Of a DNA stretch of 64,000 nucleotides, positions 49,452 through 62,263 are shown in pieces. Source of the stretch: Torpedo marmorata. Lineage: Eukaryota. A program made the translations under genes and the position numbers. Location of the stretch: the NCBI GenBank assembly GCA_977017645.1, contig OZ360235.1:75826001-75890000 (forward strand). Reading direction: 5' to 3'. Each line of letters starts with the position of its first letter. The first letter of the stretch is position 1. The notes beneath the pieces were generated by a model. The model was not told where the DNA came from. It was given only the letters and a program-made list of their open reading frames with translations, and made no database searches.

Positions 49452-49688
49452 AAATTTAAATTTAGACGTACAGCACGGTAACCGGCCCTTCTGGCCCACA
49501 AGCCCGTGCTGCCCAAATACATGAATTAATCTACAACCCCCATACGTTTTTGAAAGGTGGGAGGAAACCGGATCACCCAGAGACATGGGGCGAGCATACA
49601 AACTCCTTACAGACAGCACGGGATTCAAACCTGAAGTCACTGGCATTGTTATAGCATTATGCTAACTGATATGCTAATCGTGCCACCC
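49452..49688 (-). mobile_element. V-SINE / HE1-like SINE
   Basis: Matches the copy at 1-163 (TTTAAATTTAGAC...GGAGGAAACCGGA) and has a tRNA-like head. Confidence 0.7.
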
Positions 49689-49925
49689 TAATTGCAAAGG
49701 AGATTCACCAGGATAGTGCTTGGGATGGAACGTCTCAGCTGTGAGGAGAGATCGGAGAGGCTGGGTTTGTTTTCCTTGGAGTACACAAGGCTCAGAGAAA
49801 CCTGGCTAAGGTTCATAGGTTTAAGGTAAAGGGTAGGAGACTTAGAGGGGATTTGAGGCAACATTGTTTTCACTTCGTTTTTTTAAAAATCTGTCACACA
49901 CTAAGTGAGGGGGTGGTGGAGCCAG
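49689..49925 (+). mobile_element. Decayed CR1 3' fragment
   Basis: GGAGATTCACCAGGAT...GAGGAGAGAT...GGCTGGG, like the CR1 at 38341-39317. Confidence 0.55.
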
Positions 49926-49941
49926 GTACTCTCACAACTTG

Positions 49942-50202
49942 GAGGTAGTGGCACAGCTTCATAATTCCAGTAACTTGGGTTCCACCCTGACCTTAGGAGC
50001 TGTCTGCGTGGAGTTTGCATGTTGTCCCTGTGACCACGTGCAGGTTGAATTGTTTATTGGCCACTGTAACTTGCTCCAGTGTGTAGGTGAGTGGCAGAAT
50101 CTGGGGGAATGTGAGGAAAATAAAATGTAGGATTAGTTTAAATGAGTGTTTGGTGATCCGTACAGACATGGTGGGCTAAAGGGGCTGTTTCCATGCCGTA
50201 TG
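49942..50202 (+). mobile_element. V-SINE-like element, decayed
   Basis: GCTGTCTGCGTGGAGTTTGCATGTT core; 3' GGTGGGCTAAAGGGGCTGTTTCC shared with CR1 ends. Confidence 0.55.
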
Positions 50203-50608
50203 AATTCACAGCCACAACAGCCCATCTTTGTCCATCTGCTGCTGAGACCTGTCGAAGTTACCTTGAGACTTGATGAGTCTGAGGACACCCAGCCAACCTT
50301 CTCATTCTATTGTTGGTGAACTCAAGGTCATCCAAAACTCTTCTGCTGTTAACATTCATCCTCGAAGTGTACTGGCAGACTTCATTTGTTAAGTCTTGTA
50401 TCAGTTATTTTCAAATTCCCCCCATGGTCACTTCACTACCTCAGTAATTCCCTCCAGCCCTTCAAGCTGCCAAAATCTACATTCTTCCAATTCAGTCCTC
50501 TTCAGATAGAGTTATTCACCACTGCCAGGTATTCCTTCAGGCCATGAGCACTGTAACTCCCCCACATACAGTATCTCCATCTTTCCTTTGCTAAAACATT
50601 CCTCAAAC

Positions 50609-51260
50609 TCAGAATCAGAATTTATTGTCATGAACAAGTCATGAAATTCGGTGTTTTGCGGCAGCATCATAGTGCAAACATTCATATTATAACCATCTTA
50701 CGACGTTACAATAAAAAAATTATAAACAATAGTGCACGAAAAGTAAGGCAGTGTCTTTGGTTCATTGATTATTCAGGAATCCGATGGCAGCGGGGAAGAA
50801 GCTGTCCTTGTGCCATTGAGTGCTCGTCTTTAGGCTCCTGTACCTTTTTCCCGATGGTAGCAGAGTGAAGAGGGCATGGCCTGGGTGGTGGGGGTCTTTG
50901 AGAACAGAGGCTACTTTTTTAAGACACCGCCTCATGTAGATGTCCTCGGTGGAGTGAGGTTTGGTGCCTGTGATGTCACAGGCCGAGTTAACAACCCTCT
51001 GGAGTTTACTCTTGTCCTGAGAGTTGGAGCCTCCACACCAGGCAGTGATGCAACCAGCCAGAATGCTCTCCACGGTACACCTGTAGAAGTTTACGAGAGT
51101 CTTCGGTGACATACCGAATCTCCTCAGACACCTCACAAAGTATAGCCGCTGGCGAGCCTTCTTTGTGATTGCATCAACGTGGAGGTTCCAGGACAGATCC
51201 TCGGAGATGTTGACACCCAGGAATTTGAAGTTCTTGACCCTCTCCACTACTGAGCCCTCA
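50609..51260 (-). mobile_element. Rex1/Babar-type LINE 3' fragment, same subfamily as 3001 and 5502
   Basis: ORF 50762-51265 FKFLGVNISEDLSW...KDSFFPAAIGFLN; (TTCTGA)n tail. Confidence 0.9.
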
Positions 51261-51391
51261 GTCACCTTGCCTTAAGTGCTTTATGTAAATTTGTTTGATA
51301 ACCACATGGGAAACTCCTGAGATGCATTGTTAAAGGCACTATATAACTCCAAGTTGCTCTGTTGTTGAGTTAATACTTTATATTTTCACAG

Positions 51392-51496
51392 CTTCAATTT
51401 GATAGTGACAGTGGAGGATGCAACAGGTAATAGCATCATGGGAATTATTGTGGTCAATTTAGTTAACGTGAATGATAACTGGCCGGTTTTTAAACA
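51392..51496 (+). CDS. CDHR3: CDHR3-like internal exon (105 nt, phase 2 to 2); absent from the ORF track
   Basis: ttttcacag|C...AAACA|gtaagt; FNLIVTVEDATGNSIMGIIVVNLVNVNDNWPVFK with NVNDNxP. Confidence 0.87.
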
Positions 51497-52257
51497 GTAA
51501 GTACTTGTTTTTTTTTATCCGTTTACTTACTGAATGCTCTCATTCACCAAAGACCTGTGTCAGAGTGGATTCAGTTTGGGAAAAGGGAAGATCAATAAAT
51601 GACACAACAAGAAAATGGTCAGCTTGCACAGTGCATTCAAGGATTTTTTTTAAAAATGCCAAAGTGGTCCTGAAGGACAAGTTCCAATGAAGAATAACAG
51701 TTCAAATCTTTCTTTAACCTGAGAATTGATTTGGTGCATACATCATATTTTCATCAATTGCCATTTTGTTTTGATTCCCATTATTCAGAAGAAACATTAT
51801 TTTGAGATATAACTATTGCATGTGAGTTTAGAATTTAATGCCCATATACAATTGCCAAGAAGGTCTCCCAGATTATGTTTTGATATGACACAGTGTGTTA
51901 CTACACAACATAGACTGTTTCAGAGGAGACTGAAGTCGACCACATTTGGTATAACCAAGCTTCTTTCCTGAAAGGATGCTATTGAATTGTGTTGAATGTA
52001 ACCTGACAGCCAGATACTGTACCAGCTTTACATTTCCAATTTTTTTTTCAAGAATTTACTTGAAATTATCATGTGGAGTGTGAGCTCTAATTCATTAATC
52101 CCAGAACATAAACAACAAAATATCTCATTCAGAACGTGACTTTCATGTTTTCCATGTGAAATTACCGCAGATAATCTGTAAGATAATATTTTACATTATG
52201 CCTTGGATCAACCTCAGCAAATGGTTTTGCTGGATGATGTAATTTGTATTGTTCCAG

Positions 52258-52406
52258 GAATGAAACTATGTTTAATATTTTGGAAGAAAAGCAACCAAAT
52301 TCAGTCATCGGAAAGGTTACCGCCTATGATCCTGATGATGATGGTGTATCAATGAGCTTGATTTATTCTATGGGCACACCAAACCAATATTTCACCATTA
52401 ATTCAG
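52258..52406 (+). CDS. CDHR3: CDHR3-like internal exon (149 nt, phase 2 to 1)
   Basis: gttccag|G...TCAG|gtatgg; NETMFNILEEKQPNSVIGKVTAYDPDDDGVSMSLIYSMGTPNQYFTINS. Confidence 0.87.
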
Positions 52407-52819
52407 GTATGGAAATCATCAAAAATGTACTACTCACAAGGAGGCCCTTTGCATGAGTGCCATATCTACCTAACCTCAGCTCAATTTCCACATTGATCCA
52501 TAACTGCGTGGTCTTGGCTCTTCAGATAGACACAGGGACACATGAACTGAGTGCAGAAGTAGGCCACACAGCCTCTAAAGCCGGTTCCACCATTATATAA
52601 GATTGTGGATGATCTGATTGTAACTTCAACTTGGCACTGCAGTCTATCCCTGTTAACCTTTCACCTTCTTTCTACTTTTGCCAACTCACTTTGCAACCAA
52701 GTAAAACAGACTTTGTCTCAATTTAAAATCTTTACTCCGATTTTATATGAGTTATTTTCCATAACTATGCCAGATCAGACTGAATGATGATCACAGGAAT
52801 AAAGATTCTTGCTGCAATT

Positions 52820-53262
52820 AAATCAGACATTGGTAACCTAAAATAGTGAGTGTCATTTGGTCTCCTTACCTATAAAAGTATATACATGCAACAAAGATCT
52901 TAAGGGGGCTTGACAGGGTAAATGTTCAGATGTTTTCAGTGGTGGGAGATTCTCAAACAAGAGCACGTTGCCACAAAGGAAGAGGCTGATCATTTAAAAC
53001 TGATGAACATGGCAATTTCTTCTCTCAAAGGAAGGTGAAGCTCTGGAATTCTCTGACCCAGAGTGTAATGGAGCCCAGATTATTGGAAACATCAAAGGTG
53101 GAGGTAGGTGAATGTTTGAAAGATCAAGGAATTGAGGGTAATGGGGAACTGGCACAGAAGAGTTGAGGCCAGCATAGATCAGCCAATGATTACATTGAAC
53201 AATGGGACAGGATTGAAGGGCCAAATGGCCTATACCTGCTCCTATTTTCTTGCGTCCTTGTG
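52820..53262 (+). mobile_element. Decayed CR1 3' fragment
   Basis: CTCTGGAATTCTCTGACCC and GAAGGGCCAAATGGCCTATACCTG match the CR1 3' end at 38341-38600. Confidence 0.6.
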
Positions 53263-54078
53263 TCAGAATCAGGGATAGGACATTTAGCAGAGATGATGAG
53301 AAATTTCTTCATGTTGAGGGTTGTGAATCTCTAGATGAGCACAAAAAAAAATCATGGCCAAAATACAAAGAACATGCAGCAATGAAACAAGCCAGTTGAA
53401 ACAACATTAACTGTGCTGGTGTTTATACACCACAGAACATATCATTTGCCTCATCTCAATCTTTGAGTATGTCTTTCTTTTCTGTCTCCTTCCAATGAAC
53501 ATCCAGTTTCCTTATTTTTCTTAAAGTACCGAATTTTTTTGTCTCAATCATTTTCACTGCAACAATTTCAACCACCATCGAAATGAACAAAGTTTTACCT
53601 TATTGCCAAAGTGGCCTTTTGCATTACGTTCTCCATGTTTATCCTGTTCAATTCATTCACAGTTTGAAAGATCTCAAGTCTCTTCCCTCAAGAGAATAAT
53701 TCCAACCAGTTTAATCATAGGGAGATGGTTCTTAGTTCTGGCCCATCCTCCATTTTCCTTGCACCATTTCCAGTGATTATTTTATTCTTTAACTGAAAGA
53801 TACTTCTCTCCTTCATTTCCACTTTCTTGACTGGTTGACACCCTATGGTTTCGTGCGGAACAAAAACTCTTCTATAATCCATTGGCCTTTGAAATTGTGG
53901 GAGTAATCCTGGACTGAAGAAAAAGGGAAGAGAGACACAGTGGAGGATCCTTTCCTTGGATAATAATCCAATGATTTCTCATTTCTATTAGCTTTTGCAA
54001 TGGCCCATTCACAAAAATATTTAGAATTTACATAGAAAAATGTTATTTTAAGTGTAGTATGGTACATTTCTATTTCAG

Positions 54079-54268
54079 TTACAGGCGAGCTGATTGTATC
54101 ATCAACAATTGACCGAGATAATGAATCTTTCAGAGATGTTCCAATCCAAGAGTTTGAAGTCACTGTTAAAGACAGTCCTTCTCAAGGGCATACAAGCTCG
54201 ACGACCATTATAGTCAACATACAAGATGTCAACGATAACCAACCCTTCTGTTTCCCACATGCTCACAG
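54079..54268 (+). CDS. CDHR3: CDHR3-like internal exon (190 nt, phase 1 to 2); absent from the ORF track
   Basis: tatttcag|TT...CACAG|gtactt; TGELIVSSTIDRDNESFRDVPIQEFEVTVKDSPSQGHTSSTTIIVNIQDVNDNQPFC. Confidence 0.88.
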
Positions 54269-56310
54269 GTACTTGGTGAATTCATTCCTTTGTTACTACA
54301 AACATTGGTAAAGCTGGAAGTGCTCCACGAGATAAAAGTAGATCCCATTACGTGACAAGAGCTGGCCATTTACAGGAGAGGTTTGATCAGTGTGCTGTGT
54401 GTGGAAAACAAGAGAGTATTTTCAGCTGAAGTGTTTTTTTTAAAGAAGGATCCATATATTTTCAGTTAAATGATTGAAAGGAATGAGCATATGGAGCAAG
54501 ATATAACGGAATAGTGTTGGATGCCTGTAATTTCTGCCAGGACCATAATGTGGGGCACAGACAAAAATATTGAAGAACACCTGGACTTACCTTGCCCAAA
54601 TAACATCCACGTTGAGCTGATCTCAGACCATGCCAATATGAATTTACCCCATTGGTACGTCATCCAGATCACTGAGCACTTACGTTTGTTCTGCCCTCTT
54701 CACATAATAACAGGTGGTACTGATTTGCTCTCTGCCTGCTGTGTCTAAGGCTCATGAAGGTCACAAAAGTTATTAAAATTAACTCCATATTATGCCACCT
54801 CAGTGGTTGAAATATACTAAGCCCACTGGCCGATAACCTATGAGGTTGGATCCTCAAATGGGATTATAAATTCAAACAGTGGGTGAGCATTGTGTTTCTT
54901 GCAGATTGGGTGCAGTCTTTGAATTGTTGTCAATCGCATTCAAAGGCATCTAAGACAGTTTGACAGTCCTATATCCAGAGGTAGTTCATAATGGAATTGG
55001 GACACAGGAGGATGCGTTCACAACCTTAGCAGTCAATAGCACCATGGAATAACAAATATAGCACAAGATAATTGTGACCAGTATTTTCCAAAGGAGTCTG
55101 CATATTGATCAGGAGAGAGACATTTGAGGTGTCAAAAAGCCAAAACTTGAATCTTATTTGAATACTGTATTTGCACTTGTTTTGATGACAACTGCTTTAT
55201 TTCGAGATTACAGAGAAAATATCAGTCAAGTCTCAGCGCCAGTAGTGACACGTGTGAGGCCTTAAAACCCCTCCTGTGGGGAAGTTTCTATTTGACATAC
55301 CACTGGTGTACATTCATGTATATTTGCCTCTAACCTGACAATTGTCAACATTAAGGCCGAATCAGTGGAAAGAGGAACAGTTTCAAGTGGACGATGCTGA
55401 TCTTCAGCATGTTAAGAACAAAAACTGCTGTGTGCCAGAGAGTTTCTTGAAATCAACTCTGACACAGTGAAGATCAGAGCCAAATAATTCCCTCTGCCCC
55501 AATAAAGTATTTGTGCTGGAAATTATCCAGAGTTTAAAATTTAAGTGAAAGAACAAGAATTGGGGAGGGTTGAGATGCTCTGTCACAGAGAATCATGGTT
55601 TGTTGCAGGTTTATTTGCAGGTTCAGAATTGCAAAGATGAGGTGCTGATTGCGATCCTTTTAGATGCCACACACTTTGCAGACTACCCAGAATGAAATAA
55701 CAATGAAAGACGGATGCAAAGCCATAAAACTGCTTTTGTCATGCAAGTAGTTTGAGACAGTACATTTTCTCCAGAGTTCGGAGCTCCACCCACACTCCCA
55801 TCGCTATTTATCCTCAGTTATGGTCAGCATCCACGTAGTGTTCCTCCTTGAAACACTTTTTCGACACATCTATAGAGGCTGCATTTGTTGGAGTGCGAGA
55901 CAACAGTCGATATCACATGTTCAATTCAAGTCAGCCTGTGACCTCCATCACCACAGTCACTTCAAGAAGGAAAATTATTCTAGAAAATTGCTACTGCTGT
56001 CCTTTATTTAAATATGAAAACCCACCCTGTATGCTCCTGATGGTAAAGAGGTTGAATACGAACAAAAAGAAAAGGATTAAACTTATGAGAATTTGGGAGA
56101 TCTTCCCTCTACCATCGTTATTATCTTCAAGTCCAACGGATGTAAATTCCTCATATTCCACCAAAAAAATCATGTTTTGCTTTATACATGACGATGCCTG
56201 CTATGTGCAGCAATGTTCTGCAAATGCATTCACAAACATATATAACTACATGTGACTACATATCCCAACATGTATATACACATTAAAAAGAAAATAAAAA
56301 CCAGAAATAT

Positions 56311-56545
56311 AAGTCAAGTTTATTGTCATCTGATTGTACAAGTACAACCCGACGAAACAGCGATCTCCGGTCTTTGGAGCAAAACACGCAGACGCACAAC
56401 CAGACATAACACACATACAGACAAACAATACATATGCAAGCCAAGTATTTTATCTATATATATAAATAAATAAATATTGTTTTGTACAAATGAGAGTATC
56501 GGATGGTTAGTGTGAGCAGTTCCTTTGGTCGTTCAGTATTCTCAC
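56311..56545 (-). mobile_element. Rex1-type LINE 3' UTR fragment
   Basis: AAGTCAAGTTTATTGTC tail is the reverse complement of the GACTT-type tail at ~29115-29143. Confidence 0.5.
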
Positions 56546-56969
56546 ATAAATAGGTTATCAGCATCATTTGAGAATCGGTCATTTTATTTACATATGCAGA
56601 CAGATCCACTTTGTACTTCATCCACCATGTGTGGTATCTGTTTACCTTGGATTTAAAAAGGACAGACTGGGTTGCAATGAAAGTATGAGCAGGTGTGTGG
56701 TACTCAGTTTCCCAGCTCAACATCTGCTTCCAAAAATTATGGAAACACTTACCATACTGCCAGTATGCTTCAAGTTTCAAGATTGCAAAATTTAATGGAA
56801 AATGATGCCCAGGCAATTATATAGGGAAAGTCCTGGCCAATACAAGCATATCTCTGCATTTACAAAGCAGGCAAAGAATTGTTGAATTTAAGGGGATAAT
56901 TGCTTTGTGATGGTGCAGCAGTGCTGCAATGAGGACAAACAGTATAGTCGTTGTTTGTGTCAGACTGGT

Positions 56970-57601
56970 GTTCAAGGTTCAAGGCTCAAGGTTCCTTTTA
57001 TTGTCACGTAATAGTACATTAAAAATTTATTCATGATATACTTTAATTTTTGTCTGCTGTAAGGCAAACAGAGTTGCCATGAGCATTGCCTGGCACCCCT
57101 AATAATAGGAGAAAGAGAAGCAAAAGAGAGTCCCATCAGAGCCACTGAGTGTCCATGGATTCGCCTCCAGCGCTCTCACAACCTCTGCAGCCACACAGAC
57201 TCCTGTTCGATCCATTGGCAAACTGAGCTCCGACACGATCAGGAAGCCTTCCGCACCCGAGGCTCGTCATGAGCCCTTCTTGCCCTCCGCACCCTCGCGA
57301 ATTCTCACTCCGATACCTGGTCCCATGAGCCAGTCTCCAGCAGCCCGCAATCTGTGCGGGTCCCTCAGCCACTGAGCCCCTTGCTGTCTGCTGCCGTGGT
57401 CACTTTCCCGGTAGGGTCCTGCAGCCGCTAGGCCTCTCGCTGGTCTGCCGCCGTGGTCACCTTCCCTGTAGGGTCATCTCCTCTGGTTCTCCTTCTCAAC
57501 AGGGGGTGTTCTCCCCATTTCTGGTTTCCTGCACTGGTCCACTTCTCCCTAGAGTCTGCAACACCTCGTGGCCGCTGCCGAGCACAGGCGCCACCATCTT
57601 G
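56970..57601 (-). mobile_element. Non-coding interspersed element with a LINE-type tail
   Basis: GC-rich 630-bp island; minus strand starts CAAGATGGTGGCG and ends AATAAAAGGAA(CCTTGAA)n. Confidence 0.45.
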
Positions 57602-58259
57602 TGGCTTTGGGGGTAAGTGGGAGGGGGAGTAATCTTAGGGTCATGGTCTTTCCATTCATTTGCTCAAGGTATTGGTTTTGGAAGAACATACCTTGGCAAT
57701 TATTAAGGTACCTGAACATTTCCTCCTTAATTGTACACAATTAGGAACATTGGAAGGCTCTGATTGCCCTTGTCCAAATGGTATCAGTTCTCTGCAGCAG
57801 ACCACCTGTAGTGAATTTCCACGGTTGCACAGCCAAAGCAAAATCAAGTTCTGCTCTGAGACAACCATTCATCCATCTGCAATAGCAGGGGAACTTAAAA
57901 AGATTTCATAATGTTTCTAATACATCATAGCTTGGGCCATCTCATCCCATGACTCCTTAATGTAGCAGTGGATGTTGACTTCAGTCTCCAGTGGGAGGTC
58001 CAACAGAAAGAGCTCTGGATGCATATGGGGTGAGAGCTGCAGTCCACACCACACTTCAAAGGTACCACATCATTCGCTGATTCAAGAGAGGCAGCCAGGT
58101 TGTCAGTCGTTTCTGTAGCTCCATTTTTAGAGTTACCTTCAGATTGTTGCATCATAATGATCTTCTACAGTAGCACATAATCAGCCTTCATTAATACTGT
58201 ACAAAGTATTGAACCAAATGCTCACAGTGAAATTTTTCCGAGTTGTTCACATACCCCAA

Positions 58260-59190
58260 AGACAGAGCACTGGCATTAATGGGTCTTTCTCTGGTTGGCA
58301 ACATGTAATGAGTGGGGTGTCATGGGGTCTCAACTTTTTACAATTTAGTTAAGTAACTTGGATCTAGGGACAGAAAGTTGCTGATGATACTAAGATAAGT
58401 AATGGAGAGAAAATTAGGAGACCGCAGAAGGATATAAAAAGGTAAGTGAGTAAAATTCTGGCAGATAAGGTATAATGTGGGAAATTGCAAATTTGTATAT
58501 TTTGATAGGAAAAATGGAAAAGAAGGATATTACCTAAATTACAGGAGTTTGCAGAGCTCTGAGATGCAGAGGGACTTGGGTGTCCTAATGCATGATTCAC
58601 AAAAGGCTAGTATGTAGGTGAAGCAAGTCATGAGGAAAGCTCACAAAATGTTATAGTTTAATGCGAGAGGAATTGACAAACAAAAGTAGAGAAGTTAAGC
58701 CTCATTAATATTGAGCATTGGTGAAGCTACATATGGATTGCTGTGTACTAGATTGGTGTAATTCATTTGAAATAGTTCACAGAAAGCTTACTGTGCTAAA
58801 ACCTGGAATGAGTGAGTTGCCTTTTGACAAATGTTGGATGGGCTAGCCTTTTATCTACTGTTAGAGTTTAGAAGTGAGAAAGGTGACTCATGGAAGATCC
58901 TGAGAGATATTGACAGGGGGTATGTGGAGAAGATGTTTCCTCTTGTTCACTATTTACAATTTAGGTGGTTGACAGAGATGCGGAGGACTCTTCTTTTCTC
59001 TCTTTCTCAGAAGCTCATGAGCACTCTCTTCCTCCAAGGCAGTGGAAGCAGAATCTTTGAAAATATTTTATGGTGGAGGCAGACAGAGAATGAAAAATTT
59101 GAGAAGATAAGATGGAACGTGGACTTTGGTCACAATCAGATCTGCCACAATCTTACTGAGAAGGGATTGTGGCCTATTCCCACTCGCAAT
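58260..59190 (+). mobile_element. Decayed CR1 LINE
   Basis: KVADDTK-like GCTGATGATACTAAG, GAGGGACTTGGGTGTCC and CR1-type 3' end. Confidence 0.7.
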
Positions 59191-59432
59191 TTGTATCTAT
59201 CCCTGAAAGGTCTATCACCTGAGTTAACCAATACTTTTGAACCTGAAATTCATTCAACTATGGGAAATCTCACAGCCCTTTTACATCACTGTAAATTCCT
59301 GCCCATGTTCCTTCATGTCTGACATCTACTACTCATGAAATGTCATTCAAATTTAGCAATGCCAGAGTTAGACATGTAAAACTGTACGGCGTTCTGAAGT
59401 AGAAACAACTGTTCACTTTGGACCTTGTCTAG

Positions 59433-59598
59433 TATTCAGGTACCAGAGACCACTGAAAAAGACACAACCATTGTAACCATATCCTGCAAAGATAATGATG
59501 TGGATCTTGCAAACAGCCAGTTCACGACTTCACTCCAGCCTGGTCTCAGGACTGGTGGAAAATTTGCTTTGAACGAGAAGAATAGTACAACTATTGTG
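59433..59598 (+). CDS. CDHR3: CDHR3-like internal exon (166 nt, phase 2 to 0)
   Basis: ttgtctag|T...TGTG|gtaaga; IQVPETTEKDTTIVTISCKDNDVDLANSQF with PE and CxDxD motifs. Confidence 0.85.
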
Positions 59599-59869
59599 GT
59601 AAGACAGTTTCTCTTTTCAGCATGTATACTGGATTAAGGCCAGATCATGTGGCTCTCTCCAGAGGCAATGCCTTTTCATAGGGAGAAATGAACCTTTTGG
59701 ATATGGAAAAAATTCTTACAATTTTCTGACACAATCTTGCAGTTTGTTTGAAAGTTCACAACTATAAACACCTTGTAGAGTGGTGCTGAGGTGGTCTACA
59801 GAACAGATTTGGGCATGATCAGTGTTGATGAGTTTCAATCAGGAGAGAAGTAGAAGTACTGCAATACAC

Positions 59870-60315
59870 TTAGTGGAGATTTGCCAGGCTAATTCCTGGA
59901 ATGAGAGGGTTGTCCTATCAAGAAAAGCAAACAGGTTGGTTCTGTATTCTTCAGAGTTTGGAAGAATGAGGGTGATCAAATTGAAACATACAGGATCCTG
60001 AAAGGGCATGCCAGGGTCAACATTCAGTGATTTTCAAGGGTGGAGAATCTCAAACGAGAGAACATCATTTCAAAGTATGGAATCTTTCATTGAAAAGCAA
60101 TGTGTGTAGACATTTCTTCTTGCAGAGGGTAGCAAGTCCCTGGAGTTCTCTGCCCCAGAGAGTGGTAGCAGTGAGATCATTAGAACTACTTAGTGGAGCT
60201 AAAGGTTCTGGAAATTGTGGGCTTTGGGGATCTCACAGAAGAGGGGTTGAGACCGTGGGTAGCCCTGCCATGGTTTAGGAACCAGGTGGCCACTTCTGCT
60301 CCGATTTTGTTTTGT
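59870..60315 (+). mobile_element. Decayed CR1 3' fragment
   Basis: FFLQRVASPWSSLPQRVV in ORF 60027-60278. Confidence 0.7.
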
Positions 60316-60396
60316 ACATTTATTATCATCATCTTCCAGCATTGGGAAGGGAGGGGTGAAAATCAGTGTTCCTGCTAATGATTTGTGTCAGCAGGG

Positions 60397-61700
60397 AATA
60401 GAGCCATAGAGTTTTATAACATGGAAACAGGCCCTTTGGCCCAATGTGTCCATGCCAACCAAGCTAGTCCCATTTGCCTGCATTTGACCCATATCCCTCC
60501 AAATCTTTCCAAATGTCTAAATATCTTTTCAATGTTGCAATTCTACCCACCTGTACCACTTCCTCTTGCAGTTCATTCTGTATACGCTCCAACCTCTATG
60601 TAAAGACAGTGCCTCTCAATCCCCTTTTAAATCTTTCCCCTCTCACCTTAAATCTATGCCCTCGCATTCTACATTCCTCTGCCCTGAGAAAAAAAGAACA
60701 TGACTATTTACCTTATATAGGCCCCTCAAGATTTATAAATTTCTAAGGTCTCTCCTTAGTCACCTGTGCTCCAGAGAGAAAAGTCGCATCCTATCCCAGC
60801 CTCTCCTTATAATTCAGCCTTCCAGTCCTGGTAATATTCTTGGACCCTTTCCAGCTTAATGATGTCTTTTGTATAGCTGGATGACCAGATACTCCAAATG
60901 CGGTCTCCTCTTGCACAGTTGCAACATGACGTCCCTGCTCCAGTAGTCAACCCCCTGACAGATGGATGCAAGCATGCCAAATGCCACCCTGTCTACCTGT
61001 GTCGCCACTTTTGTGGAATTGTGAACCTGTACCTTCAGGCCTCTCTGTTCTACAACCTAACATTCACCATGCAAGACCTACCCTGGTTTAACCTACCAAA
61101 GTGCAACACCTCACACTTGTCTGAGTTAAATTCCACTGTCATTCTTTAACCCACCTTGCAGTTCACCTAGATCCTGCCGTAATCTTAGATAACCTTCTTC
61201 ACTGTCCACTATAACACCAATTTTGGTGTCATCCGCAGACTTAAACCATGCTACCTACGTTGTCATCCAAGTTGTTAATATAGATGAAAAAGAACAGTGG
61301 GACCAGCACTGAAACCTGCAGCACAGGCCTCCAAACTAAATAACAAACCTCTACAACTATCTCCTAGCATCAAGCCAATTCTGTATCCATCTTGTTAGTT
61401 CAGCCTGGATCTCATACAATCCGACCTTCCAGAGTAGCCGTCCGCGTGAGTCCTTCTCAAAGGCCTTGCTAAGGTCCACGTAGACAACATCTAACAATGT
61501 GCTCTCATCAATTATCTTGGTTACCTCTTCAAAAATACTCAAATTCATGAGACATGATTTCTCATGCACAAAGTCATACTGACTATCTGTAATCAGTCCA
61601 AATGCTGGGAGATCCTGTCTCTCAAAATCCCCTCCAGTAACTTACCCACAACTGACATCAACCTCACTGGCCTGTAGTACCGTGGCTTGTCCTTCCTTCT
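60397..61700 (-). mobile_element. Decayed CR1 LINE
   Basis: DVVYVDLSKAFE...WIQNWL in ORF 61357-61569; CR1 3' tail near 60400. Confidence 0.8.
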
Positions 61701-61725
61701 TTTTAAACTTGGTCTCTGGGGCCTG

Positions 61726-61850
61726 CTCAGGCCCGAAACTTTGGTAATATATCTTTACCTCCTGTGGACGCTATGAGACCGGCTGAGTTCCTCCAGCATT
61801 TCTGTGTGTTTTTGCTACAATCACAGCGTCTGCAGACTTCGGTGTTTCAC
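61726..61850 (+). mobile_element. Penelope pLTR fragment of a diverged subfamily
   Basis: CTCAGGCCCGAAAC...GCTGAGTTCCTCCAGCATT...TCTGCAGACTT parallels 2193-2320. Confidence 0.7.
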
Positions 61851-62263
61851 TGGGGTTGTGAGACAGAGACTCTACTTGCTTCACCACTATGCCATCCCAA
61901 AGATGTGTTTGACATTTTTTTATTTCTTTGTTCGGACTGAGAAGACCATTGACAATTGTGGATTTCTGATACCCATAACCCATCTTTGGGCTCTGTCCCA
62001 ACACACTAAGGAACCACAGCGCCACTCCTGGAAGTCAAAGTTATGGCAGTGATCCATCTTGCTTATGGTATTGGAATGACTAAAGATAAGAGTTCAGCAA
62101 TTTTTCCTGCTACTGTCCAAGAAGCAGAACAACAAAAGAATAGTTGATTATTCGCAACAACCTATGGAACAGTCTGAGATGAGACAAAGAAAATACCAAT
62201 TGTGGAAGGTTCTGGAATTTGGGGTCCGGAGTTACCTTACATTAAATCACATCTCAAATTGTT

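Noticed and set aside
54079-54085. Alternative in-frame acceptor 6 nt downstream (cag|TTACAG|)
   Set aside because: Possible, but cannot be supported without transcripts; the upstream site keeps the typical TGEL strand
54300-58250. Short ORFs such as 55848-56255 and 57660-57911 as extra exons or genes
   Set aside because: No cadherin or other motifs, and the flanking exons already join in phase
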